The notes under the pieces are model-generated. The model worked only from the letters and a program-made list of their open reading frames with translations, made no database searches and was not told where the DNA came from. This document shows, piece after piece, positions 1-15,350 of a DNA stretch of 64,000 nt. This DNA is from Iphione sp. A-MEVVRFRX5 (lineage: Eukaryota): positions 57,908,001-57,972,000 of the forward strand of contig OZ320321.1 in the NCBI GenBank assembly GCA_976226885.1. Direction: 5' to 3'. Positions within the stretch are counted from its first letter, which is position 1; each line of letters opens with the position of its first letter. Made by a program: the position numbers and the translations under genes.

Positions 1-1329
1 TTACAGGATCAATAAGGAACCATAATCGAGATGGGGAGTGCCTCCAGGGAGGGATATGGTAGTAACTTGTAGGGGGACTGTGGCACCTTTTCAGGTATTG
101 GTGCGAGAGAAATGGCACTGCGCTACATGTTAGGGCCATTTAAGGAAAGCGACTGTGGATTTGATAAAACCTGCTATGCTTGACCCTACAATGTGAAAGA
201 CCCCCATGGACTTCCTTCCAATTGAAGTATTGATGGGAGAGGACAAGCTGTGCGGTTTGAAACGAGACCGTACAGCAGATGGAATTTAAATTCAATGACT
301 ACAGTTTAGATCTCTGATAGAAGCAATATCTAGGGGCTATAGCGTAGAACAAGCACACAAAGAAAAAGGACACCTATAGATACTGCTGATATAAATGCGA
401 AACTCCAGCTCCCTTGCCAGTATCTAATCAAGAATTTAAGCTGTGGTATGTGCCAACACTTTTATGCGTATTTTAAAGATGTGATTCTCATCATAGAGTT
501 TCCCATTGGAAATTTACATCAACATGTATTGAGTATTTATACAAAATGTATACAGTGTACTGGTACATGTGTAAATACTTCTTTCCGATGGGTTGCCCAT
601 ATTAATATCTTTGAAGAATGATTTAGTTGTTTACCTACAATCTGACCATTAGCTCAATATGTGACGCCATTTTAACTTTGCACCATGAGAGGTTGTTATT
701 TTTGTTCGCTATTTCACTTAGAATGGTCCGATTTTGATGGTAAAACGTTCATATGAGTCATACTAGAGCTCTCTATATTTATTATTTACGAAAATGTGAC
801 CGCTTGAATTTTTAAGTTGGCACATTTCTACCATTTTGTTTGTTTATATTCCGAAGTCGAAGGCACAGCATGCAGTATAAGAACAAAATTACTGCATGGC
901 TCGCAGTGTACAGTATACATGTATGCGCCCTGAATACACACGGGCATGCAGTTTTCACGAGTTATCGCTAATTTTTGTCTTCAGGCAAGGCTCTGGGGCG
1001 TCCTGCTGTTTGTTATTTCGAACCCACAGAAACAAAATCTTTAAATATGCAATCTTTTAATCTAAATATAAACTTTGTCGTATCGGGCGTCGTAATTTCG
1101 TATCACGACATAGTGGATACCGTGCAGATACGGAGCTAAGAACACTGCAAGTGATACATATGTAGACGTACTGTATGCCAGTTTAAATTTCAAAACCATG
1201 TGAAATAGTTAACAGAAACATATATGTAACTGTATCATCCTGATTAGACACAATTTAGAAGTAAATTACGTTTTGAAAACAGACGGTGTTACGAGCCAAA
1301 AAAATCTGCTCACGGCTATAGGTGTCATG

Positions 1330-1510
1330 TTTAGCCGATAGGAAGAAAGAAGGGGAACACTGATTGGGCAGCGGAGGTCACGCGACCAGGGCATGCCATG
1401 TTGGCCACATGAAAGAGACAATTTACTTTTCTACGAGGAGCCCTAGTAGATTCAGACATTTTATAGAAACAAGGTGGAACATCAAGTAGACTAAAACAGA
1501 GATGACCAAT
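1330..1510 (+). pseudogene. Possible RTE-type LINE 3' relic
   Basis: Translations such as GHATR / KRQFTFLRGAL...KQGG..RLK resemble the RTE C-terminal WAGHV.RM...PKQL.YGEL...KQGGQ pattern. Weak. Confidence 0.25.
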
Positions 1511-4500
1511 AGTGTTTTTGTTCGTAGTAATTGCTTTCATGGTGAATCTTTTTTTAGACACACCATTTTACAATCTATTTTGAATAAGCAAGTACAGTAG
1601 GGTATACACTATATACGGTGACCTTTTCTTCTTTCCATACCCTACTGTGACAGTCCTAGGATCTCTGTCATATTCGTATGGGAAAGTCCTCCTCAGGGCG
1701 TTAGACAAAGGAGGGTATCCATAGTTTTTAGAATTATTTTAAAACCCAAAGTCGCACTTTCTCTGCAATTTCCATTTATTTAGTTGGACATAGAGGAAAC
1801 TTCAATAGGCAGTTATGCCAAAACCAATGCGACCACATTGAGAATTAGCAAAATCATATTTGAAACTACTGTACACTCAACGTGACACTGAGTTGACTAT
1901 AATGTTGGTGTGCCCCTGCAATTGGTTATATTCAACATGGGAGCATATGCCAAAATATTCGGCTTCTTCCAAACTCCACTGCCTACCTGATCTGGCTATA
2001 TTGACTTACACTCTTTTTCGTGGAAATATGTGTTTTCCCATCATATAACAATTGTAGAACTGATGGGGTGATGTTTGGTCTGCAAAAAGCATGATCAAAA
2101 TGCTCACCCTAAATTAAGATCAGTGGACTGATATTTCGATAATCGATTATCGTGGAAAGTTCTTTTATTGGCTACACATCGTTGCTTAATAAAATAATAT
2201 GCTCACATATATAGCCTTTGTTAAGAAGGGACTACCCTGTTATGTTATGCACCCACTCCTGTAGACCAATCGCTGGCAGTGAAATGATATATTTGCATTG
2301 GTGGATAGTCTATTACGATGTCACAAAAGGCAGTTAAATTGTGTCGTGGCAGGTTGTGAAAGAGAGTATGCAGCCTGGAAATATTTCAGTTCTGTTGCCA
2401 TAACATGACATCAGTGTTTTCAGACAATCCAGCCTCTTCACCGAGTGAGTCAACTAGGCTGTGCATTTTATTGGTAATTTAAGAAATGATTATGATGTTT
2501 ATTGTCATGTTCAATGTGTTACAACACTAGTGTCACTATTGTTGTTCATATGGCACTTTCTGTTTTTATGCCATTGGAAAAGGTTTACTGCGTTTGACCC
2601 ACGAGCCTCAATGGTAATCAGGTAAATGACTGCATGCATTGGACTAATCCCAATACTTCGTCTCAATCGAATTGGACTGGCTGGGGTCTTAAACCACAGT
2701 GAGGAACGAATCGAAAAAATAAAATAAAACAAATGGTTTCATGAAAACATACGAATTTCTCAATAGTGAGGAGAGATATACGATCAAAAGATGCTTAAAA
2801 AAATTCAAGGGAAAATTAGAATCAACCTTGTTGTCAGCAGTTTGTAGTATATAAAGTAGTTCCTATATTTGTCAATTTCCTGATTAGAGAAGTGAAACCA
2901 TGAGGAAAAGTAAAACCCCGTAAGAAACTAACGAAAAATTAATAATCAAAGTTGATATTGTCTATGTCTTAATAACGGAGAAAAGAAAAGTATCTGGGAT
3001 TGGTAGTATCTTGCAAGCATTATCATTCTTGCTTATTATTTACCATCGTTATCGTAACTGAGCTGTAGGAGGTCCCAGTGTGGTTAGGGACATGCTAGCT
3101 TCAGAATGTAACTACAAATGCAGCGCTGAGCTATGAGGTAATCTGGGTAATATATATATAGCACTGTTACTTGTACCTAGACTGTATGAGGCTAGGTTAG
3201 TACCTGAACTATACGTGGGTACGGTGAATCTACTTCAGTAAACTGTGTAATAATGTATTATTTGTCTTGTCGAGGGTTGTTACTTTGTAATTATTTTCAT
3301 TTCTAAATATCGCTTCATAGCCGAAGAAATCAAAAGGAAACCAGCCCTGACACTTCCTGTGGCAGGTTCTGAGTCATCCTAAGTGAGCTCATCCTCAGTG
3401 AAAGGAATAAATCTACTTCTACTTGGAGTCAGTTCATGAAAGCAGAATTACCCATCAGGGCTTTGGTCAACATTTCTCCAGGCAGAGGTCTCATCCTTCA
3501 TTTCTTGAATGTTTTGTGCAGTTTGCATCCTGCTCAATAGCAGAATGCTTTTAGGCACTGCCCCAGCACTCCAGTTAATATGTACGCATGATCTCAGCAT
3601 AAAGCGACGAGCAGCAAACGAGAGTAACTGCCAAACTTCACTAACATCTTCAAACTTTCTCCACCACAACTGGACCCCTGGGCATGGACGACCATGAGGT
3701 AGTATGTACAACAGAAACTGAAGATGTATTTAAAGCATTCGCAGTCCGTGCATTGATCACACGTTAGTGAGGTAAATCTACGTGTTCACATTTCAAAGAA
3801 GAAGCATACTACATGTAATTCTTTTCTTGATGTCAGTAGACTTCTTGATCATGAAAACAGACTGCCCGAAAGAACTATGATCGTTGAATCAGTTTAGATT
3901 CAATAAGTAGTTTCCTCAGATAAATATCTGACAAATTAGTGACTGCAATAGTGCATTAAAGAGAGATAACAAGAGGAGCTTGCACTTCCGCCATGTTGGG
4001 AATGGTTTTCAACTAAATATAATAAACCTGAACAGCTGAAGCCTAGCCTCCAGATCCAGACTGTGCCAGAGACAGAAAAGTGATTCACCACAAAATATAT
4101 ATTTGTTTATGTTGCAACTTCCGAATGGAAGTTTCGACCAGCAGTGTAACAATATCTTCATTCCCTCGATGTGCGAAAGGGCTTTTAGTGAAATAGTGAC
4201 AATTTAGCGAGCGGGTGTTGACTTATATCTCCTTATATCCTAGCTTGATGAACTGTTCACCCCTAAACAAAGCACTTTGTGGTATACAGGAGGAGGAAGA
4301 GGGAAGGAGCATGATCCCCACATCTACAACATACGTGCATATTATTCACTACACCTCCAGTGTTTTTATACTGAGTATAACACACCGTTAAGTGACGCAC
4401 TGGTAGCCAAGGAAGCCTAATGATGCTCCTGCCTTTCTAATATTATTCGTTGGCTTACATTCAGAATAAACACGAGACACACTAAAAACATTACTTGATC

Positions 4501-5914
4501 CACATCAGAATTATGCAGTCAAGAGCCGTTTCACTGTTCTGCCTTGCATCAATGTGATAATGCGACGGCATTAGGTGGCTGCTGAGTGCAATGGGGTTAC
4601 TTGGTAGACCCCTTTGTTGCAGGAGGAGACAGAGTGGATGGTGGGGGGGGGTGTTTCCTCCTGGGTATGTGCCTGCCACCTGCCGCCCTCCTCCTCCTGA
4701 AGGTTTAGCTTCCCTCGAAGGATTCACGTATACCAAACGGATGCTTTAAATACATCGACGTTACTAAGTACAGTACAGACAATGTATTGTACGGCCACAG
4801 AGTCTCAGTCATAATTTGTGGAAGAGAAAGGGCAGTTATTGAAAGGGTGTGAGTGTAGCGTCTACGAACCTACTCGTCGTTATATGCATACATGTATGCA
4901 TATGCAAATGTATAAGTAACTTTTTGAATACGCCAGACTGAAAATATACCACGCTCAAGAAAATGGGAGGGAGAACAAGTAAACACGTGTTGTAAAAATG
5001 AGTATGAAATATTAGTGATGTCAGTATTTTACATGAATGGGTCAATTTGAACTGGTCGATAGGCCAGACATGTTTGTCTCAAGACGAATAGCAATTCAGG
5101 AAAAAATCATTGTCCGGTTTGAAGGGGTTGTAACGATTGATAAATGCAATGTCTGTGGTCACGGATAGCGATTCAAGAAATTATTGGTTTCGAGGGATGT
5201 AATGGTTGATTAATGCAACCTAGATATCGTCATATCACTCTGTCTCCAAAAAGTCACACATGTAGAAGAAGTAGCTGTTGAGAAGGCAGATATAGTTGGA
5301 ACTTCCCATGGCCTAATCCTCGGGGGAAAAACGGTTTAAGTAGCGTTTTTATCTCTCGCGTTGCGCCAATCATCCGCTTATATTAATCTACCAGCAGTGG
5401 CATCGGCTTAGAATTATCGCCCGATGGAGTTTGATTCCCCTTGATTTTCTAGATGGCGTCTGGTAAGCGGGAATCTGTAACGGCGTTTAATTCCCACCGT
5501 TTCTAGGAGCTGTCTCCGATGCCAAAGGATACCCGACTCTCTGGCGCCGAGGATAATCCTAATCCCGCCGTCTAGATAAGACGTGTCGAATAATGTCGAT
5601 AGCAAACGTAGAAATAGGCGGGTTTTTTTAGTGGTTTCACGCTATGCTCAGCAAAGGAGATGGACGTTTGACCGATGGAGATCACTTTCCTTTTAAACCA
5701 AGGTTTTGACAAAGGTTTTTTTGAAACCTGTCGAGGAAATCTTGAAGCGTGGGTGAGGAATGCCCTTTCGAGATACTATTTCCTGATGACAACTTTGATT
5801 GATAACCGGAGCAGAAGAACGACAGCTATGAACAGTAATGTGACGCGTGATTTCCGACTTCTACCTCTGTGGTTTTTGCAGTCCACATTGTATATACAAA
5901 TTCATGTAAAACGA

Positions 5915-6006
5915 CATACTTTATTTCGAATCCACGATTCTTTGCGGACTACAGTCAGCACATACTTTATTTCGAATCCACGATTCTTTGTGGACTACAG
6001 TCAGCA
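5915..6006. repeat. 46-bp tandem duplication (one mismatch)
   Basis: CATACTTTATTTCGAATCCACGATTCTTTG(C/T)GGACTACAGTCAGCA x2. Confidence 0.95.
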
Positions 6007-9000
6007 GCCTGCTTGGTCTCATCGTATCTTCAAAGAAGTGAGAGTTGGAGATCAAAGTCCTGACCACAGAAGAAAAAGCGCACCATATTGTATTTGGCCG
6101 GCAACTTTGTAGAAAAGGCAAGATGGGGATCGGGGAATAAGCGCATTTTGAAAAAGACTAGCCTTTCGCTGCTAAGCTCCCAAAAGGGGCTCCGTAAACA
6201 AGTGCCTGTGACCAAGTGATAGGGGAGGGACTATTGACAGTCGGGTTTAGGTTGTCCCTACTGTGTCCTCGTACCCAGCCGATTCCCTGATGGCGGACAG
6301 AAAGAGGGTCGGTATGTTGTGAGGTACGACCAGTCAATAACTGGGCCCAGGCGGCCTGAATATGCATCCCTACGGTACTCCTCTTCAGTCCCCTACCTAG
6401 GCAGGCCCTGCTAATCCCCCCTGTACACTTTTGAGTACAACAGTGTCTTTTTGACCGCCCTGCTCCCCGCGGATGGCCAGGTACCCACCACCATCCATCA
6501 CCGCAACAACAGCTTCCACGTCAATTGCCACCACGACATCCCAAAACAACGCAGCGCAAGCTCTTCTATCTTTTGCAATGTAAGACCCCAAACGGCATAG
6601 GGGAGTATTGGGATCGCCTTGATCCCCTTGTGCTGGGCTTGGATCACTGTGTATATTATCCCAGTGCTCACAATATTCAAGAGCAGCTCACGGCTAGGAC
6701 CTGAGCTGCTCATCTCCTTCTATTGGATCTGGCAGTCAGCAGCTGATGCTGGAATACACACACCATTAACATTCACCAAGGGGTATCGTCGTATGCGCAT
6801 TACTATCTGCTTGAGCGTATGGAGTATCGTTCTATCATAGAAGATAGTGTACTGTTAATGTATGAACATACCCAGCCCATTTATATCGGGTTTGTGTGAC
6901 GTTATGTTGGGGTTTTCCCCCATTATTTCAACCAAGTGGATATACATTGGCTTCAAAAGGAGGGTGCATTTGAAAGTATGTGGGGGGAAAGCACCTATGC
7001 ACATGGATACTCACTGATAGGCACATACTTCATGAATCCTACGAGTATGAACAGCAAGAAAGTGTTTACTATGATAAAAAGCTGTTATTGAAATCGAGCC
7101 AATGCTTGCATTCGTTACATTCTAATCATAAGGTATCTCATTTCCGCGATAAGAAGCCTCTCAAGACATATTTAAATGCCAGGCCTCCTTACTAACAGAA
7201 GGAGAAGAGAAGAGCCATAGCATATGATCTTCTTTGCCGTAAATGAATCTTGATTTGATGGAAACAAATAACTCAGCCTGTTCTGGCTGATTTATAACAA
7301 ACACATATACATACACTTCGTATATGCTTCAGATAAAGAATGTACATGCTTTAACTAAGTCAAGTATGTAGCGTTAGATCATTTAGCATACAGAGGAATG
7401 TATTTGCACACAGTTGCTACAGGAGCCTGCTGACAGCCTGTAACAGAATGGCGGCCCGGCATGGGTTGAATGGAACCAGTTTCCTAACTCCGATGTCCTC
7501 CATAGTCGTTTTAACGTAACTATCTTACTTGGAAATCACCTATTATGATTAAAGTGATTGCAAACCACGCAAAACCTATTACTGCGCCCGGTGAGTGAAT
7601 TTGCAAAAGGGCCCATGAGGTTTGCTGAGGACTTCAAGTCAAAGGTCAGTGGTCGATGTTGACATTTAAAAACTGCCACATCATTCTCTTCCCGTTTACG
7701 CTGCCGGACACGACCTTTAGTAACTCGTCACACCTCATTATTCTCCATGGACACGGGGAGAGTTGAAGAGTTTCCCTTGGTGTGCAGGGGTAGGACATGG
7801 GCGCCTGAAATCAGCAGGAGTCCTCCTAGTATATGCAACGTATAGAATACCTCCCGGTTCATTTCATGTTGCTTCATATAATATGACGAATTTCAAACCC
7901 AGTAGTCAGGTTTTGAGTGAAATCCATAAGAATCATTCAAGAATTAAAACCAAATAGAGGAAAGATTCATTCAATGACGTTTTGTCCTCCTTCATATGGT
8001 TTCTAGTACTCTGAAATAAAAAAGCCTTCCTTTAAATAGTGTTCTTTCTATAGCATTTCCCTATAAGGCTGTATGTCTTTTATATTCATTCGACCGTTGT
8101 AACGGGTAAATATCTGCTCTGGCCACAGATCGAAATAAGGAGCTGGTGCACTACTTAAAGCATAAAGTTCGTGTGAACATTACCCATCAATTATGGGCAA
8201 TCATAGCTCAACTTCTGTAATTCTTGTACTTACCATGGAAATTGAAATAATATTTCGCCACGTTTTCTTGTGTTGCCTTTAATCTCTTACCTTTAGTTCA
8301 AAAGATTGCCGGGCTAAATTAGAGGGCCCCGTAAAAACAGAAGCCGATGAGTTGAGGCTGGCGAGATTGCGTTTTCTAAAACTGCGGCGGCATGCTGCGG
8401 GACTGAAAGCTTTCTCCTCTCAATGATTGACTTGTTAGCCTGTGCTTATAATTTATCACTTCCCAGATGATGCAGCTGACTGTGGCAATATTTTGAAACT
8501 TCTGGTTATTTTTATTGAACAGATTCCTGTTGGAGGTAAGAGCCGAGATAAATCATATTAGAGTGCATGCATTTCGATGTCAACAGTTGCCGGCACTGCA
8601 TAAATCCTTTCAGTTTTGAGGTCTTTATGAACGGGCTTTTGCCATTGAAGTCAGTGAGGTCTCCTTGATCAACCTTTACCATTTTACCAATTAGCATGTA
8701 ACATCAATTTGACATAATAGTATGGTAGATGAACAGGTATTGTCGGCTAACTGCAAATCGATCGTATCGATCGATGGTACACTACAGGGAGGCCTTCCAG
8801 CTACATTGGAGAGACTCTGGTACCGCACACGTCAGGCCTGTTCACCCCTAACAGTCGAAGAGAAGAAGCTGGAATTAAACATGTAGATTAATTGGAACTA
8901 GTAGACGGATAGATTTAATGACGTATTGGTGTTGATAGTTATATAAAGATGTGATAGTTATATAAAGATATTAAGACCCAGAAGTTAATAAGGAAGAGTT

Positions 9001-9759
9001 AAGGCAACAAAGATAAAGCCTGCCATTTCATACAGGAGACAGAAGCACATGGAGCAAACTTCCATACCCAAGGAGAGCTGGAAGTAGGCCTGGTTTCCAT
9101 ACCTGCAGAAGGCTGCGGAAGGCTGTGGAAGCCTTCCGTGAGGGTTGCTAGGCATTTTTGTTTTTCCCCCAGTTTCCTGCAATCCCCGCACAGGGGTGCT
9201 CCATACTTGCCTTGTATGTTATGTATTTGTGTGTGTGAAATAAAGGGAATAGCAACAAAACCAGAGAATTTCACCAGTGCAAGGATAAAAAAGGAAAAAT
9301 CTGATGGGAACAGTAGTAAAAGCCAGGGAATTTTACTAGCTAAAGGATTAAAAAGGAGAAAATTGTGCAGAAATGTGCAGTAATGCACAGTTATGATGAA
9401 GAACAGTGAGCACAAGTAAGGAAATATAAGGAAATATGCCTGATTCAAGACTATCTGTTGTGTACTACTGTGCATTGGTGAGTGCTGTGCTGAAAATAAT
9501 TGGACCTGGTCTGAAAATGGGAAACGCATGTCAATGCACATCAATGCACATGGAAAGCTCACGTACATAAAGAACACTCAACACTGATTGCCTATTATCC
9601 AATAATAATGCATAGGACCACACAGAATCACACACAGACATTGCTGCATGTAAGGAAACCAGGCAATAGTAAGACAGAGATAGCCAAGTATGTGCTGCTA
9701 AGGTAGAGAGATATGTTTTGCAAGACTTTTATCCCCAAGGGTTTTGCAGAGCTCATTAC

Positions 9760-10848
9760 ATTGAGGGATAATGAACAATCAGGGCACACAAAACAGTAAA
9801 CGTGTGAAGTATTTCACCCCGGTGTGGGCAAAAATGACCTTTTTGTTATGGAGATGGCATTCAAAAAGTATTTCTCCCATGGTACCTAGTATTTTAAACA
9901 TTCAATATCATATTATATATTAAAAGAAACCCTAGAGATGTGAGTTTATTTTAGTACCAATGATCACTTAAATACTTAGTTGTCATGGCAACAGGACAAG
10001 CTTGAGAATGGCAAAATTTTCATAAGATGCATCAAATTTTCACTTTTTCATAAATTTGGTCATAAAACTTTGAAAAATATTGAGTTTACAGAAAAATTTC
10101 CATTGCAACAGTGTAGAGGAAGTCATTTGCAATCTTTTGATGCCTAAATCATTACTTTGTAAGGAATGGTTAGTTTTTATCAAGGTCTAGGTCATTATAT
10201 GTGCTTCATTCAAAGTAAGCATCAGGTGCATCACTGATGCAACAATAGCAACTTTGAGGAGATGATAATAGTAATTAAATTTAGTCTTCATAATTTATTT
10301 TTTGGTTTTTATATACTTATTTGGCCGAAAAAAATCATTGAAAGAAAAGTTGCATGGCCTACAGTGTATAGAAACCAATTAGCTAGAAGCACCTTTTGCT
10401 GATGCATATACATCATTTGAGGTAGGCCAAAGCACTGATTTATGCTAGTAATTTTGTCTTTCTTGATGAATGAGATCAAAGTTAAATCTGTCAAGTGATT
10501 AAATATATTGAAAGCATCAGTGAAAGACTTTATTGAAGTGTGACAATGTATAGTAATTTATGGAGGTATATACAAAGTTTGAGCAATTACTGTTCATTGC
10601 AGTATATGTGGTTAGTGGTATTAATGGATTTTCAGGCAAATTAGGATATTTCCAAGGTCATGTGACCAGTTTTTATATCACAATCATTCCTTATGAGAAA
10701 TAATATCTTTAAAGTTAAAGAAGAGCTGCAGTCCAACCTTGTTTGATAGGAAAAAGGATGTGATGATATTATATTCTTTATAAAATAACAGCCTCAAGTA
10801 TGCACAAAATTTGGCACTTTTTTCTATGTGTGGACCTTAAGGGGTTAA
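9760..10848. mobile_element. Possible non-autonomous piggyBac-like element (AT-rich)
   Basis: The right end ACCTTAAGGGG|TTAA reads as TTAA-CCCCTTAAGG on the minus strand, resembling a piggyBac terminus. No matching left end was identified, so the left boundary is a guess. Confidence 0.2.
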
Positions 10849-13800
10849 TTAAATCCGTCACCCTTGTAGTGGTAATTATTGCATGAAAAAAGCAGGTATT
10901 TTTCTCTGGATGATCTCGGTAGGTGTGTATACTGGAGGGAAAAACAGCACCTGCTCTGGACGTATACATTAATCAGTACCACCATCGAGAGCAGTCAACT
11001 CCTGGCTATTAGATCTACCCACGCTGAATCTCATCACCCACTGCACACCTTCCCTTCAGAAGCCTACTTCATTACACGCGCCTGACATTTCATACCGAAC
11101 AAGCCATTATCAATCTACGCCTCTGTGGGCTGAAATCAAATCTGCCTTTAGTGTTTAATCGAAAATGCCAACCGTATGCCTGTTTTTTCGTTCCGAGACT
11201 GACTGCACGGTGTGTAAACCAAGATCGTGTATAATCTATGCTTCATGGCCCTGCCAATTTGCCGCTTTAGTTTATGTCATACATCTTGGGAGGAATAAGT
11301 CCATTGTTGATTATAATTATGGAAACAGTGGGCCCAGCGATTGCCCGAATGCATGTTTATATATATATGTATATATATGTACGCCACACCAATGCTCACG
11401 CTTAAGGCGTTGGACCTCCATGAGCAGAAGAGTCCTTAAAATCGTTTTCAAAATACAGCGCCTCTGAGGAAATGCTCCTCGGATTTCGGCTTCGCCTGCT
11501 GCTGCCTCTTTTCCGGAATGGTAATCATTTCCTTTCACGATGTCGAACAGGAGGCCGCCGTCCTCCCAGCCTTCCTTAAGCCTTCTTTGCCACCTCTGTT
11601 AGCAACAGGTCTCCCGAGTGCCTATTTTCCACCTTACCACTCAGACCGGTCACTTTGGTGTTCCTTGGCCATATTGAATGGACAACAAAAGCAGAAAAAG
11701 GGTGGGGGGGGGGCTGTGGCCAGTGGGTTAGCAAAGCTATATTTACGCTGGCAGTGAGCGCCTAGTGACAACGTCCGTTTAAAATGGAGGGTGGCCTTTC
11801 ATGTGGGTTAGCCACCGGGACCTCCATCAATCAACCGCTCGACAGCTGGAGGTGTCGCACCCAGAGTTATTACCTTTCAGGGCGCACCACAAACGGTCAT
11901 CTGCTTTCGTTGGCCTTACGCTGACCCACGAGCCGTTGGGATGTGCTGCTCGTGACTGCTCGCGGCTTTTGCTCGTCCCCCCTCCCCCCTTTTTTAGGGT
12001 GGAGTGACTGTATTGAATAGTAGGGGAAGGTTAGGCCGCTTTATTGGGTTCACGACAGATGGCTTCGTTCTGATTAAAAAGAACAGAGAGCAAGAATGAG
12101 TCTGTAGCTAACGCGCCGGCGCACCCGGAAGCCCAATATAACCCCGTTCACTCTATCCAGGGATTTGTGCAGGTAACAATTGATCTCTCAGTTTTCGATT
12201 TCCATCCGGCTGCTCCTTCGCATTGATTGAATGTCACCTCCCCGCCGGTGTAGGCATGTATATAATGTGGGTTGAAATGTCCAATGGCCCAAGGGTTTAT
12301 ATCTACGGTTGCATGGCCTGCTAGGGAGAGATCAAGTCACTAACAAACTGCCCGGTATAGCTGGCCCTTAGAATATTCAATAAAAGCGTTCGGTGTCAAT
12401 GAAAAGTTTCAAACAAGTTAAAATACAAGCTAGTTCCTTTTCATTAAAATGTCTGCCTCCAAATAGGAAATTGTATTTTAGTTGCTAACAATTTAAAACC
12501 TGATTCTTGAATGGGCAATACTTTTACCGGTATCACTAATATGTACACCATGAAGTGTACTTGTTGGTTCGTCGCATTTGGGAGAACCTCGGGAACACTG
12601 CTGTCCGACCTCCGACAATAAATAAGGTTGTCTCTCTCTCAGCCCTGTGCATTTAGCTCCATATAAACGTTTGGGTCGACCCTTTGAAATTTGCATCGGC
12701 GCTCTCTACTTGAGGGACGATGCACCACACCGGCCAACCTGTTTATGCTGATAGTAGCGAAAAGTGTACATTTGCAGAACATATCACACATCGTGAATTA
12801 CAATCGGTATTCAAAATTCATAGATTATCTAATAAGTCTGGAAGGGGATATGTAGACTATTAAAAGACCTTAACAGGTCAACCGGTCCAACAGAGGGAGG
12901 CAAAATATAGCAACACAGGTCCAGTCAATAACTCAGAAGATGTACTTAAATGATATTTAAGGCTGTCTCCTTCGTTTGAATTCATCCGGTTAATATGCTA
13001 GAAAATTTCACTCGGGATTATTAGCTGAATAATGGCTGAAGTGTTACAGGGATATATAATTGGAGGTAATCATATATCCGTTCGCTGGTGTGCAATCTAA
13101 CGTGCAGAGACCCCTTGGGGCTATTGGTGGCTGTCTGGCTGGTACTACCTTTTCCAGGTCAGGTCCCCTACTGCATAGTCTGCCTACTCACACATAAATC
13201 CAACTGTTTGTAGGCTCTACTGTTGTGTCAGCAGTCTGTTTTTTCTTTTGTATTAACTAGAAAAGAGCAGTTCAGTCCTACATCCACAAGCGCCAACTCC
13301 CATTAAGTTTCCTTACTTATGGTAACAATTGTAATCGCATTAAACTTGGTATAGTCATACATGTAACGCCTTGACTACTGTCTTCGTTGAGATTTTTCCC
13401 GTAAAAGCCGTTTTAGGTATAGGCAGGTGTTTATGATAGTCGTGTACTGGTAGATTTCCTCAAACTCTGCGTAAATCTATTAGTTGCCCTGCTGCCCAAG
13501 CAACATTAGGTTGCATGCTATAAAGTGAGCGGCAATGGCCCCTATGAAATGCTGCTCCGGCCGATGATTTAAAGTGGCCGCTGGGCATAAACTGTCGCAT
13601 ATGTATGCACAGCACCTCTCCTGATCATATTTGAGATGAAAACGTACATGTGCACAATTCTAATATATCAAAAAGAGTGTCTAGCATGTTGGCCAACGAC
13701 ACAGGTAGGGAATACTCTCTGTATAACACAGCCAATACAGCTCCCTATTGCCAAGGGTGGGTCGTCAGCATGAGGTCCAGTTTCAGTTGATATTAAGTGA

Positions 13801-14429
13801 GTCCAAAACGAGCATACGAAAGGTAATAATTATTTGACGGCATACTCAGCTTATATACTCACTCAGGACAGCATATATTATGCAAGCAAAACTAATAATA
13901 CATGAAACGGCGGCCAGAATATTAGTGAAACACGAGTATTTTATATGTTCATCAAATGTGTTCGTCACATTTTGATCCATGCACAGTCAAGTTGTGGTTA
14001 CCGAACATTCAATATCCAAAAGTATTTAATTTCTGAATGAATGTTTATGATATAAACAGGTCTTTCTTATAGGAATGACACCAAATATATGAAAATACTC
14101 GATTTCCGAACAAAATGTTGTGGAACTGCGATCATTTGCTATATAAGTTTTGACTGTATATGCAATTCCATTCTAATTTTAGTTAACGCATAGGAGCCAA
14201 ATGTGTTCCTATTTTGTAGACTGACATTTATGTATTGAGTTTTTAAATGTTAAACCTAAAGGCCAAGTATTTCAAAATAAGGACACATCTGTAGGATACA
14301 AGGCCTCCACAAGGGTGAATTCTATTAAACTGCAAACGAGACATAGAACATACTGGCCCAAGCTGACTGTTCAGGATGTTAGTATCAAACTGAGATCTAT
14401 AATTGCAATCAGACAATAATCCGTCAAGA

Positions 14430-15350
14430 TATTCTGTTTGTATTGACATTATCTGCTGAGTTATTGCTACCCCTTATTACGTATATCGAGGAGGCTGCAT
14501 GGAGCCATGACATTCATGTTCTATTAGCACGCCTACCAGTCTCCACTCTATACGTCATGTTCATGTTGGTAACTGTCAGTAATATATCAATGTGATGCTT
14601 TTCAGATCCGCCATTCTTCAGGTCTGGGACAATTACGCACAGCGTATAAACATTGATAGGGTGTTCCTACAAGTAAAAGATCGCACCCTCCCCTATGCAT
14701 TAATAGGCGACATTATATACCAAATAAGTAAACATGCGGCCAAGGAGCCAATTCTGACGACACTACGCACTGAAGTTTGTCAGCGATGAATCAATCTTGT
14801 GTGCTTGGTGAAGTCAGATGCCATCGTCCTCAGCATGAAAAAATACAGAGAAAATGTCATCCCGTGGATCAAAACCAGCATGAAACAACTGTCAATCATG
14901 ATTTCTTTGTGCCTGGGAAAGCATTAACAATGCAAAAACAAGTCTTTTTGTCCTACCCTGAGCCAAATGAATGAACTGTGTAATTCTTCTGCCTTTTTCT
15001 CAACTTCACGCCAAAAGAATCCACCTCAGTCCCCGAGGACGAATGCATTTTATCATTTGCATAGTGACACATTTCAAACTGAATATGACACCGCAACATA
15101 TTCAAGTTAGAGCTGGAAGAAGATGTGAAGTTAAAACATGCCCTTTTAGCAACGGTAAACAGTGTTCTCTTCACAATAAGAAAATATTCACAATATTACA
15201 AACGGACGTGAAATCAAATGGACAGACCCCAGGAGGACACAACTGAAGAGTCCAAAATTCAAATCTAAAGCGGATAAACATTGATCCCTCACTAAGCTGA
15301 ATAACAGCACCATATATTGGATGTGATGATGCTTGGTAATCAAAATGTGC
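14430..15350 (+). pseudogene. Highly decayed LINE ORF2 3' portion
   Basis: Residual GVPT (14659, GVPQ position), SDDT (14753, ADDT position) and a C-terminal PGGHN/LKSPKFKSKADKH segment resembling TRGH.LKL..P......KH, with many stops. Confidence 0.45.

Noticed and set aside
190-400. Possible gypsy integrase C-terminal relic (DFLPIEVLMG); similar hints at 28680-29100 and 55500-55800
   Set aside because: Only a few residues resemble the pattern and there are no LTRs or core domains; too weak to call.
2424-2444. 21-nt microexon-like segment (TTTTCAG|...|GTGAGT)
   Set aside because: Short pyrimidine tract and no plus-strand gene context; such matches are expected by chance.
5915-6006. Repeat arrays considered as CRISPR (also 61316-61500)
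   Set aside because: They are tandem units without unique spacers, there are no cas genes, and the context is eukaryotic.
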